This document shows positions 9,331 to 18,611 of a stretch of 64,000 nt of DNA, piece after piece. Origin of the DNA: Candidatus Eiseniibacteriota bacterium (lineage in GTDB: Bacteria; Eisenbacteria; RBG-16-71-46); NCBI GenBank assembly GCA_044222045.1, contig JBGAOB010000001.1, positions 47,364 to 111,363 of the forward strand. The letters run 5' to 3'. The position numbers and the translations under genes are program-made. The notes under the pieces are model-generated. The model was not told where the DNA came from. It made no database searches and worked only from the letters and a program-made list of their open reading frames with translations. The number at the start of each line of letters is the position of its first letter. Position 1 is the first letter of the stretch.

Positions 9331-9563
9331 GGTTTGGGCCAAAGGTGTTCGTCGACGACTTCGCGACCACGGTGGCCGTCGCCGCCCGGGGCGGTCGCTC
9401 CGCGGCGCGACAAGAGAGACTCGTCCTTGCGCTCTGGCGCCTCGTGGAGCTCACGCCGCTCATGGGCCCACCGCGCTCCTGCGGCGCGCTCTCCAGCACG
9501 ACACATGCGAGTTTCGGAGCGACGATTGCCGTACTCGCGCCGGGGTGATGCCGACGTGTGGGC

Positions 9564-9589
9564 GGTGGTGCTTCGATCGAGGCACCACC
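9564..9589. terminator. hairpin between convergent genes (GGTGGTGC-ttcgatcgag-GCACCACC)
   Basis: Inverted repeat in the 9331-9636 intergenic region. Confidence 0.4.
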
Positions 9590-9636
9590 GTCCGCACGGC
9601 CGGCTTGGCGAAACGGGATTCGATGCGGCCCGGCGA

Positions 9637-12099
9637 TCAGCGAGTGATCGCGAGCCGGCGCACGTGTGCCCTGCCGTACGGGCGTTCGAGCCTCGCGAAG
9701 TAGAGCCCCGCACCCACCCGGCCGCCGTTCGTGTCGCGCAGGTCCCAGTCGCACGAGTGCGCACCAGCCGCGTACGGTCCGTTCGCGAGCTCGCGTACGA
9801 GCCGGCCCGCTGCGTCGTACACCGCGAGGCGCGCGGGACCGCCGCGCGTGAGCGAGAACCGGAAGCGAGTCCTATCGAACGCGGGGTTCGGGGACGGCGC
9901 GGCGAAGCGTTCCTCGCGCCCGGCGGCCGGCGGCCCGGCGTCGGCCGTTCCTGTCGGCACGAGCGTCGCGGCCAACGACTCGTTGCCGGTCTCGTCCACC
10001 GCGGTGAGCTTGTACGTGTACGGCGCGCCCGCGACGTCGGTGTAGCCGGTGTCCTGAACCGTCGCGATGCGGCTGCTGGGGCTCGGCTCGAAGGTGGGAT
10101 CGCTGTCGCGATACAGACGGTAGCTGTCGAGGTCGCGCTCGGTGTTCGGGTTCCAGTGCAGGTGCACCGTGCCGGAGGCGTACTCGCCCGTGAACGGCGC
10201 CGGCATCGCGGGCGCGAGGTTGTCGACCGAGTAGCCCGAGTCCGGCGCCGAGTCCCACCAGCCGATCTGGGTCGCCGCGCGCGCCTCGACGCGGAACGCC
10301 GTGAAAGGATTGCCGGTCGCTCCGGAGTCACGAAACGTCTCGGCGACGTACGTGTACCACGCATCGCCGCGCGCAGGCACCACGCCGACAGCCTCCCACC
10401 ACGTGACGTTCGAGTTCAGGGCGATCGCGCGAATCGCACCCGGCCGCAGGTCACCGGCCCCGGCAGGCCCCGCGCCGCGCGCGATCGCCTGGGCCGCGGC
10501 CGCGGCACTGACGCGCCGCCAGACGCCATAGGAACCCAATTCGAAGTACGGGGCGACGTCCATCTGACTCGCATTCCACTTGATGCGGACGTGGCCACCG
10601 GCGTCAGCCGGAAGATCCTTCACCGACACGATGGTGGGCTTCGGATCGCCGAGCACGCCGAACGTGGTCACGTTCTGGGCGTAGAGGTCGAAGTTTCCGG
10701 ACCGTGAGTCCTGCCATGCCATCAGCGCGCCACCAGCACCATCGGTGACCACGGCGACGGCGGGCTGGGTGCCGTTCGCGATGCACACGGGCCGGCCACC
10801 CACGGGATACGCCGGGTCGGCGATTCCCGCCGCGAGCGCGTGATGCACGTACACGTGGTAACTAGGACCCACAGGGTCGGCCCACGCGACGAATACCCCG
10901 CCCGCACCGTCCGTTGCGATGGATGACGGCACTGGTGCTGTGAGGCCGGGGCGCAGTTCGATGCCCGCCTCGCCCCATGCCGGGTCCAGCACGCCGTTCG
11001 ACTGCACGTGGCTGGCCAGCATGCTGTAGGTCGTGCCGATTGTTCCCTCCACGAGGGCGACCGCTCCCCCGGCCCCGTCGCTCACCAGGCCGTACGGGAG
11101 ATGGCTGGTCACGGAACCCGTCGCCATCTGCGTTCCATTGACGGGCCACGCGGAATCCACCGCGCCGCTCGCGAGCACATGCTGCGTGCAGCACATGAGG
11201 GTCGGGTTCGCCCGGTAGTCGAGCCACGAGATGAGGGCGCCGCCCGCACCGTCGCCGGCCATCATGGGGAACAACTGCATGCTGACGGCCGTGCAGACGG
11301 CCCGGCCGTTTCCCGGCCACCCGACATCACGCGCGCCGGTCGAGAGCATTCGCGCCGCGTAGATGTCGTGGACGTTTGCCACACCGGTGTAAGCGCGATT
11401 GTCCTGCCAGGCCACGATCACGTTGCCGGTGCCGTCGGCGAGCAGTGCGGGCGCGGCCTGCTGTTGCGCCAGTGTGCAGACGGCGACGCCGTCCGCGTTC
11501 CAGCCGCCGGCCAGCGAGCCCGAAGCGAGGACACGGTGAAGGTAGAGGTCCTCGGTGGCCCCACCGCGGAGGTCCTGCCAGGCGATGAAGGCGCCACCCA
11601 GCCCGTCGGTCGCGATCGCGACCGCGGATTGATTTCCGATCGCGGTGCAGATGGCGCGGCCGTTGACCGGCCACGTCGGCGACAGCGCCCCGGAGGCGAG
11701 CACCCGCCCGGCGTAGACGTCCTGGGACGTGCCGCTCCGGCCGTCCTGCCACGCCACGATGACGCCTCCGGCGCCGTCGCTCACGCCGACCGGAAGTGTC
11801 TGCGCGCCGGTGGCGCCGCACACGAGCCGGCCATTCACCGGCCACGCCGGATCGACGACTCCGGTCGCGAGAACGTGCTGCACGTAGATGTCGTTCAGCC
11901 CCGATCCGCCGCGGCCGTCACTCCAGATCACCAGCATGCCACCGCTGCCGTCCGCAATGACGGTGGGAGCCGCCTGGTCCGCGGCGTCGGTGCAGACCGG
12001 CAGATTGACGAGCGGGCTGTGCGTCCATCCGAACGCGAGGGCGGGAATCAGGCCGAGCAGTGCCACGAGGAGGAGGACCAACCGGTGGCGGGCAGGCAT
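9637..12099 (-). CDS. secreted DG-GG repeat protein with FN3-like module and T9SS-like C-terminal sorting domain
   Basis: ATG at 12097-12099; signal peptide MPARHRLVLLLVALLGLIPALAFG; many repeats (DGAGGVIVAWQDGRSGTSQDVYAGRV…); FN3-like segment (…VHLHWNPNTERDLDSYRLYRDSD…); C-terminal domain …GLYFARLERPYGRAHVRRLAITR. Confidence 0.85.
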   Translation of the reverse strand: MPARHRLVLLLVALLGLIPALAFGWTHSPLVNLPVCTDAADQAAPTVIADGSGGMLVIWSDGRGGSGLNDIYVQHVLATGVVDPAWPVNGRLVCGATGAQTLPVGVSDGAGGVIVAWQDGRSGTSQDVYAGRVLASGALSPTWPVNGRAICTAIGNQSAVAIATDGLGGAFIAWQDLRGGATEDLYLHRVLASGSLAGGWNADGVAVCTLAQQQAAPALLADGTGNVIVAWQDNRAYTGVANVHDIYAARMLSTGARDVGWPGNGRAVCTAVSMQLFPMMAGDGAGGALISWLDYRANPTLMCCTQHVLASGAVDSAWPVNGTQMATGSVTSHLPYGLVSDGAGGAVALVEGTIGTTYSMLASHVQSNGVLDPAWGEAGIELRPGLTAPVPSSIATDGAGGVFVAWADPVGPSYHVYVHHALAAGIADPAYPVGGRPVCIANGTQPAVAVVTDGAGGALMAWQDSRSGNFDLYAQNVTTFGVLGDPKPTIVSVKDLPADAGGHVRIKWNASQMDVAPYFELGSYGVWRRVSAAAAAQAIARGAGPAGAGDLRPGAIRAIALNSNVTWWEAVGVVPARGDAWYTYVAETFRDSGATGNPFTAFRVEARAATQIGWWDSAPDSGYSVDNLAPAMPAPFTGEYASGTVHLHWNPNTERDLDSYRLYRDSDPTFEPSPSSRIATVQDTGYTDVAGAPYTYKLTAVDETGNESLAATLVPTGTADAGPPAAGREERFAAPSPNPAFDRTRFRFSLTRGGPARLAVYDAAGRLVRELANGPYAAGAHSCDWDLRDTNGGRVGAGLYFARLERPYGRAHVRRLAITR

Positions 12100-12254
12100 G
12101 GAGGCTCCGGGTTGGGGGTAGCGGCGAACAGCGTGGGCGGCCGGCCGGGATCACCCGGCCCAAAGACCCATACGTCCGGGGTCCGGACACCGAACGCGTT
12201 CTCACTCGCACGCGGTCGCTCGGCTCGAGGTGTTCGGCCTCCGCGCCGCGCCGT

Positions 12255-15050
12255 TCACTTCAACCAGACGACGCGGCCCTGCCGGGCGCCGTCGGGGGTG
12301 GAGACGCGGACCAGGTAGAGCCCCGCGCTCACGCGCATGCCCGACTCCGTACGCCCGTCCCAGCGCACGACGACCGGGCCCGCGGCCATCGCCGTCCGAG
12401 GCGTTCCCCAAACGCGCCGTCCCGAGAGATCGAAGACCTCGGCCTGCACGTCCCCGCCGCGCGAGATCGCGAAGTGCATCTCGGCGCGCGCGCGTGCGGG
12501 GTTCGGCTGGATCGCGAGCCGTGGCGCTGGCGCCGCGCCGGCGGACGGCGACACCGCGGTGACTTCGCCTGCGACCGGCTCGAACGTGCGGAGTACCCCG
12601 AACTGCACGCCGCCGGCCGAAGCGACGCTCGCGGCGCTGGACGGCACGCCCTGCAGGATCGTGCGCGGCCCGCTCCAGTGCAGCAGCGAGACGGACGACC
12701 TGCCGTCGCCGGTGAGATCGCCTACCTGCATGTCCATGAGCCCGTCGGAATAGAGGTCGTAGTCGGTGCGCCGCACGAGCGCCCCCGTGCCGTCTCCGTG
12801 CCACACGGTGAGCAGGCGCTCGCGGTCCGAATCGGGGTACTCGAACCCCTCGCACGCGACGGCCACGTCGAGTGCGCCGTCGCCGTCCAGGTCGCCGACC
12901 GCGACCGCGATCGGGTTCGCGGCCACGGGGTGCGATTCGACGAGCGAAAAGGCGCCGCCACCGAAATCACACACCGCCACTCGCGGGGGATCCGCTTCGA
13001 GCACGAGCAGCTTCGTGGATCCGGACGGCCCGGCGAGTTTCGCGGCGGCGGCGACGTGAGTCGGTGCGTGGTAGCTCGGCCCGAGGGACCCGGTCGCCGG
13101 CACGTCGAAGGACAGCGTCGTCGTGACGGCGGCGTCCAGCACGCCGGCGCCCGCGTTCGCGTGGTACGCGACCGTGTGGGGCGCGCCGATCGTGACGACG
13201 TCGGCGTCGCCATCGGCGTCGAAGTCCGCGGCCAGCACCTGCCGCGGCATCGGCGCCGTCTCGACGGACTGGTGCAAGGCGAACGTGTCGTCGCCGAGGT
13301 TCATGCACCATTCGAGGCGCCCGGGAAGCGCCGGGTTCGAGAGCTCGAGCATGGCCGAGATCGCGTCGTCCCAGCCGTCGCCGTCGAGGTCGGCGGCCAG
13401 CGGTGGACCGGCGGCATCGTTCCCGGCGTCGTAGTCGAGCGCGAGCGGATCGGCGAACCCGAAGGGCGAGTGCGAGCCATGCAGCGCGACGGGCGGCAGG
13501 CCGCCGCCGATCAGGTCGCGCGGCGACGGCGTCTCGGTGCTCGAGAAGAAGTGCCCCGTCGCGATGCCGAAAACGGGCTCGGGAAGATCGATCGCGACGG
13601 CGGCAGGGTTCGCGCCGACGATGTTCGGCTGCACGATCAGGTTCGGACCCGGCGCGTACGTGGGAACGGAGGCGAGCAGGTCGGCGGTCGGTCCCGCGCC
13701 CGACGCGTCGCCGTCGAGATCGTCGAGCACGAGCTGGTACGGCTGCGCGGCGTCGATCGTGGCGGTGGCGGCCGGAGTGCCGCCGCCGAACGTGGCGTCG
13801 CCGCGGCCGTAGAGGATCTCGACGCGGTCCGCGTGACCCGGGTGCGGAATCGAGATCACGGCGTCGGGAAACTCGTCACCGTTCATGTCGCCGACGGCGC
13901 CCGCCCGCAGTTCGGGGCGCGTGGGCGTGAAGTGCTCGACGCTGAACTCGCCGTTTCCGGTGCCGAAGCGCACGCCGATACCGCCGAGGTGGCCGTCGAG
14001 GATGGAGGTCGCGTAGAACACGACGACGTCGTCGAAGCCATCCTGGTTGACATCGGCGACGTGGATCGAACGCATGCCGGAGTACGTGTGCGTCGCGAGG
14101 AAGATCGCGGGCGCGTAAGTGCCGTCGCCGTTGTTCTCCAGGTAGCTCACCCCGTTCGCGTCCGCACATGCGACGACGAGATCCGGGCGCCCGAGGCGGA
14201 AGTGCCCCTGGGCGATGTCCACGGGCCCGTCGGCGACCGGGTAGTCCACGTGCGGCGCGAACGACGTCGGTCCGGTGCGCAGCAGCAACGACACGACGGC
14301 GGTGCCCGGGCCGGTGCCCGCGCACGCCACGGCCACGTCGGGGCGCGAGTCCACGTTGTAGAAGCCGTTCACGGCGGCCCGCCCGTTGGGCGCGATGGCG
14401 AACGGCAGTCCCGACGTGGGCGTACCGTTCCCGGCGACGCCCGCCAGTTCGCAGAGGTAGAGCTTGCTGGGATTGCCGCTCACGGGACCGTAGACCGCAG
14501 GCGGGTACAGCCCGCTCGCATCGCTCATGTACGGGTTCGCGTGCGAGAACCGTCCGGGGCGGTCGCCCGCCGCGAAGTTGGAGGATCCGAGGACCAGGGC
14601 GAGCGGGTGCCATTGCCACGCGGGCACCGCGTCGGGCAGCACCGCGCCGACCACCGGCCAGTTGGCGTTGGACACCGACACGTTCGTGTACAGCCCCACT
14701 CGCCCGACCGGCGTGTCCTCGAACGACGCGAAGCCCGAGAAGTTGTCACTCGCGTGGGCGAGCAAGGACCACCCCGAGCCGGCGCGCGTGTAGGCGCTGA
14801 AGCCGGTGGAGTTGCCGACGATTTCCGGCACCGGTCCGCCGGTGATGTTCGCGAGCGTCAGCGTCGCCGCGCCGGCGCCGGTCTGCAGATGAACGCGTTC
14901 CGGCGCGTCGAGGACGCTGCTCGCCGCCAGCCCCGAGGTGAAGGCGAGCAGGGCGATGCCGGCGAGCACGACGTGCGTGGCGGCGCGCAGCCGGGCGCCG
15001 ATCGGGAACCGCGGGAACAAGCCAGGCCTCCTCGAAAGCGGCGCCGTCAT
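12255..15050 (-). CDS. FG-GAP/VCBS repeat protein with T9SS-like C-terminal sorting domain
   Basis: Repeated DxDGDG motifs (DVNQDGFDDVVV, GDMNGDEFPDAVI, ADLDGDGWDDAI, ADFDADGDADVV, GDLDGDGALDVAV); C-terminal domain …GLYLVRVSTPDGARQGRVVWLK. ATGA overlap with the upstream NHL gene. Confidence 0.85.
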   Translation of the reverse strand: MTAPLSRRPGLFPRFPIGARLRAATHVVLAGIALLAFTSGLAASSVLDAPERVHLQTGAGAATLTLANITGGPVPEIVGNSTGFSAYTRAGSGWSLLAHASDNFSGFASFEDTPVGRVGLYTNVSVSNANWPVVGAVLPDAVPAWQWHPLALVLGSSNFAAGDRPGRFSHANPYMSDASGLYPPAVYGPVSGNPSKLYLCELAGVAGNGTPTSGLPFAIAPNGRAAVNGFYNVDSRPDVAVACAGTGPGTAVVSLLLRTGPTSFAPHVDYPVADGPVDIAQGHFRLGRPDLVVACADANGVSYLENNGDGTYAPAIFLATHTYSGMRSIHVADVNQDGFDDVVVFYATSILDGHLGGIGVRFGTGNGEFSVEHFTPTRPELRAGAVGDMNGDEFPDAVISIPHPGHADRVEILYGRGDATFGGGTPAATATIDAAQPYQLVLDDLDGDASGAGPTADLLASVPTYAPGPNLIVQPNIVGANPAAVAIDLPEPVFGIATGHFFSSTETPSPRDLIGGGLPPVALHGSHSPFGFADPLALDYDAGNDAAGPPLAADLDGDGWDDAISAMLELSNPALPGRLEWCMNLGDDTFALHQSVETAPMPRQVLAADFDADGDADVVTIGAPHTVAYHANAGAGVLDAAVTTTLSFDVPATGSLGPSYHAPTHVAAAAKLAGPSGSTKLLVLEADPPRVAVCDFGGGAFSLVESHPVAANPIAVAVGDLDGDGALDVAVACEGFEYPDSDRERLLTVWHGDGTGALVRRTDYDLYSDGLMDMQVGDLTGDGRSSVSLLHWSGPRTILQGVPSSAASVASAGGVQFGVLRTFEPVAGEVTAVSPSAGAAPAPRLAIQPNPARARAEMHFAISRGGDVQAEVFDLSGRRVWGTPRTAMAAGPVVVRWDGRTESGMRVSAGLYLVRVSTPDGARQGRVVWLK

Positions 15051-17767
15051 CGCAGCACCGTCAGGCGCAGCGTGCGCGAAGCTTCGCCCTGGCGCAGGGT
15101 GACGAGGTAGATGCCGGGCGCGAATCGCCGGCCGTCGCCGAGCGTGACGACCTGCCGGCCAGCACTCGCGTCGGGAAATCGGCTCTCCGCCACGCGGCGT
15201 CCCGTCACGTCCATCACGTCGAGCTGCGCGGTGCCGGCGCGAGCGAGCGAGAACCGCACCGTGAGTCGGCCGTCGCTCGAGGGATTGCGATCCGCGCAGG
15301 CGAGCGCGAACTCGCGCGACTCTCCGGGGCTCGCGACGTCGGTGGTCTGCGCGGGACCGAGGGTCGCGTACACGCTCTCGTTGCCGTTGCGGTCGACGGC
15401 CGTGAGCTTGTACCAGCGGCCGGCCGCACCCGGATCGAGGTAGCCCGTGTCGGGCGTGGCCGCGACGAAGTTGCCGGCGCCGGGAACGAAGTTCGCGTCG
15501 GCGCCGCGATAGAGCCGGAACGTCTCGAAGTCGGCGGCCGGGCTGACGGCCCAGTGCAGGTGCGTGATGCCCGCCTGGTACGCCGCGAGGAACGGCGCCG
15601 GCGTGGGAGGGGCGAGGTTGTCGATCGAGCAGCCGGTCTCGACGCCCGAGCCGAAGAACGTCAGCGGATCGGTGGTGACGGCCCGCACGAGGAACGCCGT
15701 GTACTCGCTGCTCGACGCGGTCGCGTCGGCGAGCGTGGGCACGACGACGTTGTACTCCGAGTCGCCGTGCGCGGGCACGGTGGTCACCCAGCTCCAGCCC
15801 GCGAGCTGGGCGGCGTTGGGCGCGGACGCGTTCCGCGCGCCCGACGCGAGCGGGGGCAGGCCGGGCAGCGGGTCGATGCGGCGGTAGACCTCGTAGCCCG
15901 TCACCGTGGCGCCGACGCCGGCCGCGTCGGCCGAGCAGCGCAGGAAGCGCAGGGTCACCTGGCGGCCCTGGTCGTTACCGACGTCGGACACGAACGCGAG
16001 CGAGGGCGGCATGACGAACTTCTGCACGCGCGAGTTGTTCGTGTCGGCGACGTACACGTTGCCGAGCGCATCCGTGGCGATGCCGATCGGCGCCGCCATC
16101 TGTCCGTTGGCCGCACCCGTCGAGCCCCAGTACGACAGCAGGTACCCGTTCGACGTGTAGCAGGCGACGCGGCCGTAACCGTAGTCGGCGACGAACACGT
16201 GCCCATAGGCGTCCACCGCGAGACCCGCCGCGTTGGAGAACGCGCCGCCCGGCAGGCCCGCTCCGTTCCACTGGGAAATGTAGCCTCCGAACTCCCCGAA
16301 CTTCTGCACGCGCGCGTTGTTCTGGTCCATGACGTAGACCTGGTGCGAAGCGTCGACGCCGATGCCGAACGGACCGTTGAACTGGCCGTTGCCGCTGCCG
16401 GCGACGCCCCAACTCACCACGTACGCGCCCGCGTTCGTGAACCGCTGCACGCGATGGTTGCCGTAGTCGGTGACGAAGACCGTACCGGCGGCGTTCACCG
16501 CCACGCCAGCGGGCGAGTTGAACTGGCCGTTGCCGCTACCGAGCGAACCCCACTGGCCCAGGTACACGCCGGCGCTCGTGAACTTCTGCACCCGGTGGTT
16601 GCCGCCGTCCACGACGAACACGTTGCCGCTCACGTCCACGGCGATGCCGCGAGGGAGATTGAACTGGCCATTGCCGGTGCCGAACGATCCCCACTGCTGC
16701 AGGAACGTCCCCGTGCTCGAGTACTTCTGCACGCGGTGGTTCTGCGTGTCGGACACGTAGACGTTGCCTGCCGCGTCGGTGCAAGTGCCCCACGGCCCGT
16801 TCATCTGCCCGGCGCCGCTGCCGAAGGTGCCCATCTTGAGGAGCCAGGTACCGGCGCCCTCGAGCGGCGATTCACCGGAGCCGCTGAACTTGTGCATGCG
16901 CTGGCCGAAGTACTCGGAGACGTACACGTTGCCCGCGGCGTCGACGCTGACGTCGTAGGGCCCGCTGAACTGGCCGTCTCCCGAACCGGCCGTGCCCCAC
17001 GACGCGAGCGGCGTGCCGTCCTGTTCGTACTTGCGCACCTGGTTGCCGGTTTCGTCGGCGACCAGCACATGGCCGAACGCATCCATGCCGAGCCCGGAAC
17101 GGGAGTAGTCGCCGGCGGGCAACGCCCAGGCGCCGAGGTATGCGCCGGCACTCGAGAAGCGCACGACTCGCCCCTGGATGTAGTTCTGATAATCGAGCAC
17201 GACGACGGTGCCATCGGGCCCGACGACGAGGTCGCCCGGACCCTGGAGGCCGAAAGCGTTCGAGAAGCTCGTGACGTACGTTCCCGTGCTCGTGAACTTC
17301 TGGACGCGACCGTTGTTGGAGTCGGCGACGTAGACGTTGCCGGCGCGGTCGGTGGCGATGCCGAGCGGGTTCTGAAACTGCCCCGGCCCCGAACCGGCCG
17401 TGCCCCAGGTGCGGATCAGCGTGCCCGAGCTCGAGTATTCGAGCACGTGGTGGTTGTAGTAGTCGGTCGCGTAGACGTTCCCGGCGGGCGACACGGTGAG
17501 GCGCGTCACCGGTGCGCTCCACGACGCGAGGGGATTGCCCCAGCGATCGCACTTGTGAATCGTGGAGCCACCAAACTCCACGAAGTAGACGTTGCCGGAG
17601 GCATCGGTGTCGACTCCGGTCAGGCCGGCGAACTCGCTCGGGCTTCCCCATCGCAACAGGAAACTCGGGGTGGTGGGCCCGGTCGAGGCCGTCGTGTCGA
17701 TCGGCCCGAGCGCCGACAGGGCGAGTGCGAGAAACGCGAACCGAAGGAACGAGGCAACGGGGCGCAC
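15047..17767 (-). CDS. NHL-repeat beta-propeller protein with T9SS-like C-terminal sorting domain
   Basis: About ten NHL-type repeats (…GQFN.P.GIAVD..GNVFVVD..NHRVQKF…). Start taken at GTG 17765-17767 with AGGAGG 6 nt upstream, giving signal peptide RPVASFLRFAFLALALSALG. C-terminal domain …GIYLVTLRQGEASRTLRLTVLR. Confidence 0.8.
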   Translation of the reverse strand: MRPVASFLRFAFLALALSALGPIDTTASTGPTTPSFLLRWGSPSEFAGLTGVDTDASGNVYFVEFGGSTIHKCDRWGNPLASWSAPVTRLTVSPAGNVYATDYYNHHVLEYSSSGTLIRTWGTAGSGPGQFQNPLGIATDRAGNVYVADSNNGRVQKFTSTGTYVTSFSNAFGLQGPGDLVVGPDGTVVVLDYQNYIQGRVVRFSSAGAYLGAWALPAGDYSRSGLGMDAFGHVLVADETGNQVRKYEQDGTPLASWGTAGSGDGQFSGPYDVSVDAAGNVYVSEYFGQRMHKFSGSGESPLEGAGTWLLKMGTFGSGAGQMNGPWGTCTDAAGNVYVSDTQNHRVQKYSSTGTFLQQWGSFGTGNGQFNLPRGIAVDVSGNVFVVDGGNHRVQKFTSAGVYLGQWGSLGSGNGQFNSPAGVAVNAAGTVFVTDYGNHRVQRFTNAGAYVVSWGVAGSGNGQFNGPFGIGVDASHQVYVMDQNNARVQKFGEFGGYISQWNGAGLPGGAFSNAAGLAVDAYGHVFVADYGYGRVACYTSNGYLLSYWGSTGAANGQMAAPIGIATDALGNVYVADTNNSRVQKFVMPPSLAFVSDVGNDQGRQVTLRFLRCSADAAGVGATVTGYEVYRRIDPLPGLPPLASGARNASAPNAAQLAGWSWVTTVPAHGDSEYNVVVPTLADATASSSEYTAFLVRAVTTDPLTFFGSGVETGCSIDNLAPPTPAPFLAAYQAGITHLHWAVSPAADFETFRLYRGADANFVPGAGNFVAATPDTGYLDPGAAGRWYKLTAVDRNGNESVYATLGPAQTTDVASPGESREFALACADRNPSSDGRLTVRFSLARAGTAQLDVMDVTGRRVAESRFPDASAGRQVVTLGDGRRFAPGIYLVTLRQGEASRTLRLTVLR

Positions 17768-17949
17768 GTGGGGCCTCCTGTCTGGGGACGTGGGACGCCG
17801 GTGCCCCGTCGGCCCAGGTAAGGGTCGGACTTCGCGACCGGGTCCCCGGTCCGGCGGGCAGGCCGGTCGCGTGCTGCCCTCCAAGCGCGAAAGCCGGGCG
17901 GATCGGATCATGGAAAACCGCACCGGGTCTGCCCCCCGCCGACCCTGTC

Positions 17950-18140
17950 GCCCCCCGCCGCCGGGCCAGGGCGTGGGCCAGCGCAGCACGTGGAGGCTCG
18001 CGGAGTACGACTGCGCCACGGCATCGCCCACCGGGCGGCCAGCGACATCGACGAGGGCGAACGTCACCGTGGCGGGCGCTGGGAGCGCCAACGAGAAGCG
18101 CACGTCCCCGCGTGCCCCGATCGGGACTCGTGTCGTGGAC
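17950..18140 (-). pseudogene. orphan fragment of a T9SS-type C-terminal sorting domain upstream of the NHL gene
   Basis: Minus-strand translation …GDVRFSLALPAPATVTFALVDVAGRPVGDAVAQSYSASLHVLRWP… fits the first half of the sorting-domain pattern (…L.V.D..GR.V…W…), with no attached passenger domain or second half. Confidence 0.45.
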
Positions 18141-18170
18141 GAGGCCCCACACCGCAACCCCACACAACGC

Positions 18171-18207
18171 CGCCCCGGCGGGATCACTCCCACCGGGGCG
18201 GTGTGCA
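18171..18207. terminator. hairpin-family copy (CGCCCCGGCGGGATCACTCCCACCGGGGCGG) downstream of the atpC paralog
   Basis: Direct inverted-repeat match to the 20158-20195 atpC terminator. Confidence 0.6.
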
Positions 18208-18249
18208 CTTCGATCGCCTTCCGCGCGTCGCGCCTCCGCGCCGCGCCCG

Positions 18250-18524
18250 CTACGCCGCGGGGCCTCCGCTGATCGAGTCGGCCAGCACCGTCGCCTTGTT
18301 CTCGCTCACACCTCGAAGAACCCGCCCGCCACCTGCCAGCGGTCTTCCTTGCCGCCCACGTGGCGCACTTTCAGCGTGCCCGCCGCCAGGCCCGTCACCA
18401 GGCCCGCGTGGTTCGCCAGCACGCCGAAGTAGCCCTCCGTGCCGGGCGCCTCCACGAACTCCACCTCGCCCTCGAACACCGAGCGCTCCGGCGTCAGGAT
18501 CGACCGCTTGAAACGGCCGGCCAC
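18250..18524 (-). pseudogene. second, frameshifted copy of atpC (F1 epsilon) outside the atp operon
   Basis: 72-aa ORF (GTG start) MAGRFKRSILTPERSVFEGEVEFVEAPGTEGYFGVLANHAGLVTGLAAGTLKVRHVGGKEDRWQVAGGFFEV*, 90% identical to AtpC. A 2-nt insertion (gaggtgTGagcgag vs gaggtgagcgac) creates the stop; the tail …SENKATVLADSISGGPAA continues in the +1 frame to 18250. Confidence 0.6.
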
Positions 18525-18611
18525 TTCTCACTTGATTCCGTAGCACACTCCGGTCCGAGGATGATGACCGGCGTCGGACACGGGGTCCGACCACCGAACC
18601 GGAGGCCGAGG

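Noticed and set aside
12060-15110. 1016-aa plus-strand ORF, plus the similar ORFs 15554-17821(+), 5461-7293(-), 5667-7892(+), 18651-19937(-) and 39710-41191(-, N-terminal part)
   Set aside because: All overlap genes with strong domain, signal-peptide or RBS evidence on the other strand or frame, and are compositionally biased (R/A/G/P/H-rich).
18360-18611. N-terminal 84 aa of the 517-aa plus-strand ORF beginning at 18360
   Set aside because: This part is simply the antisense of the atpC duplicate. The membrane protein start was placed at ATG 18612, which has a GGAGG RBS.
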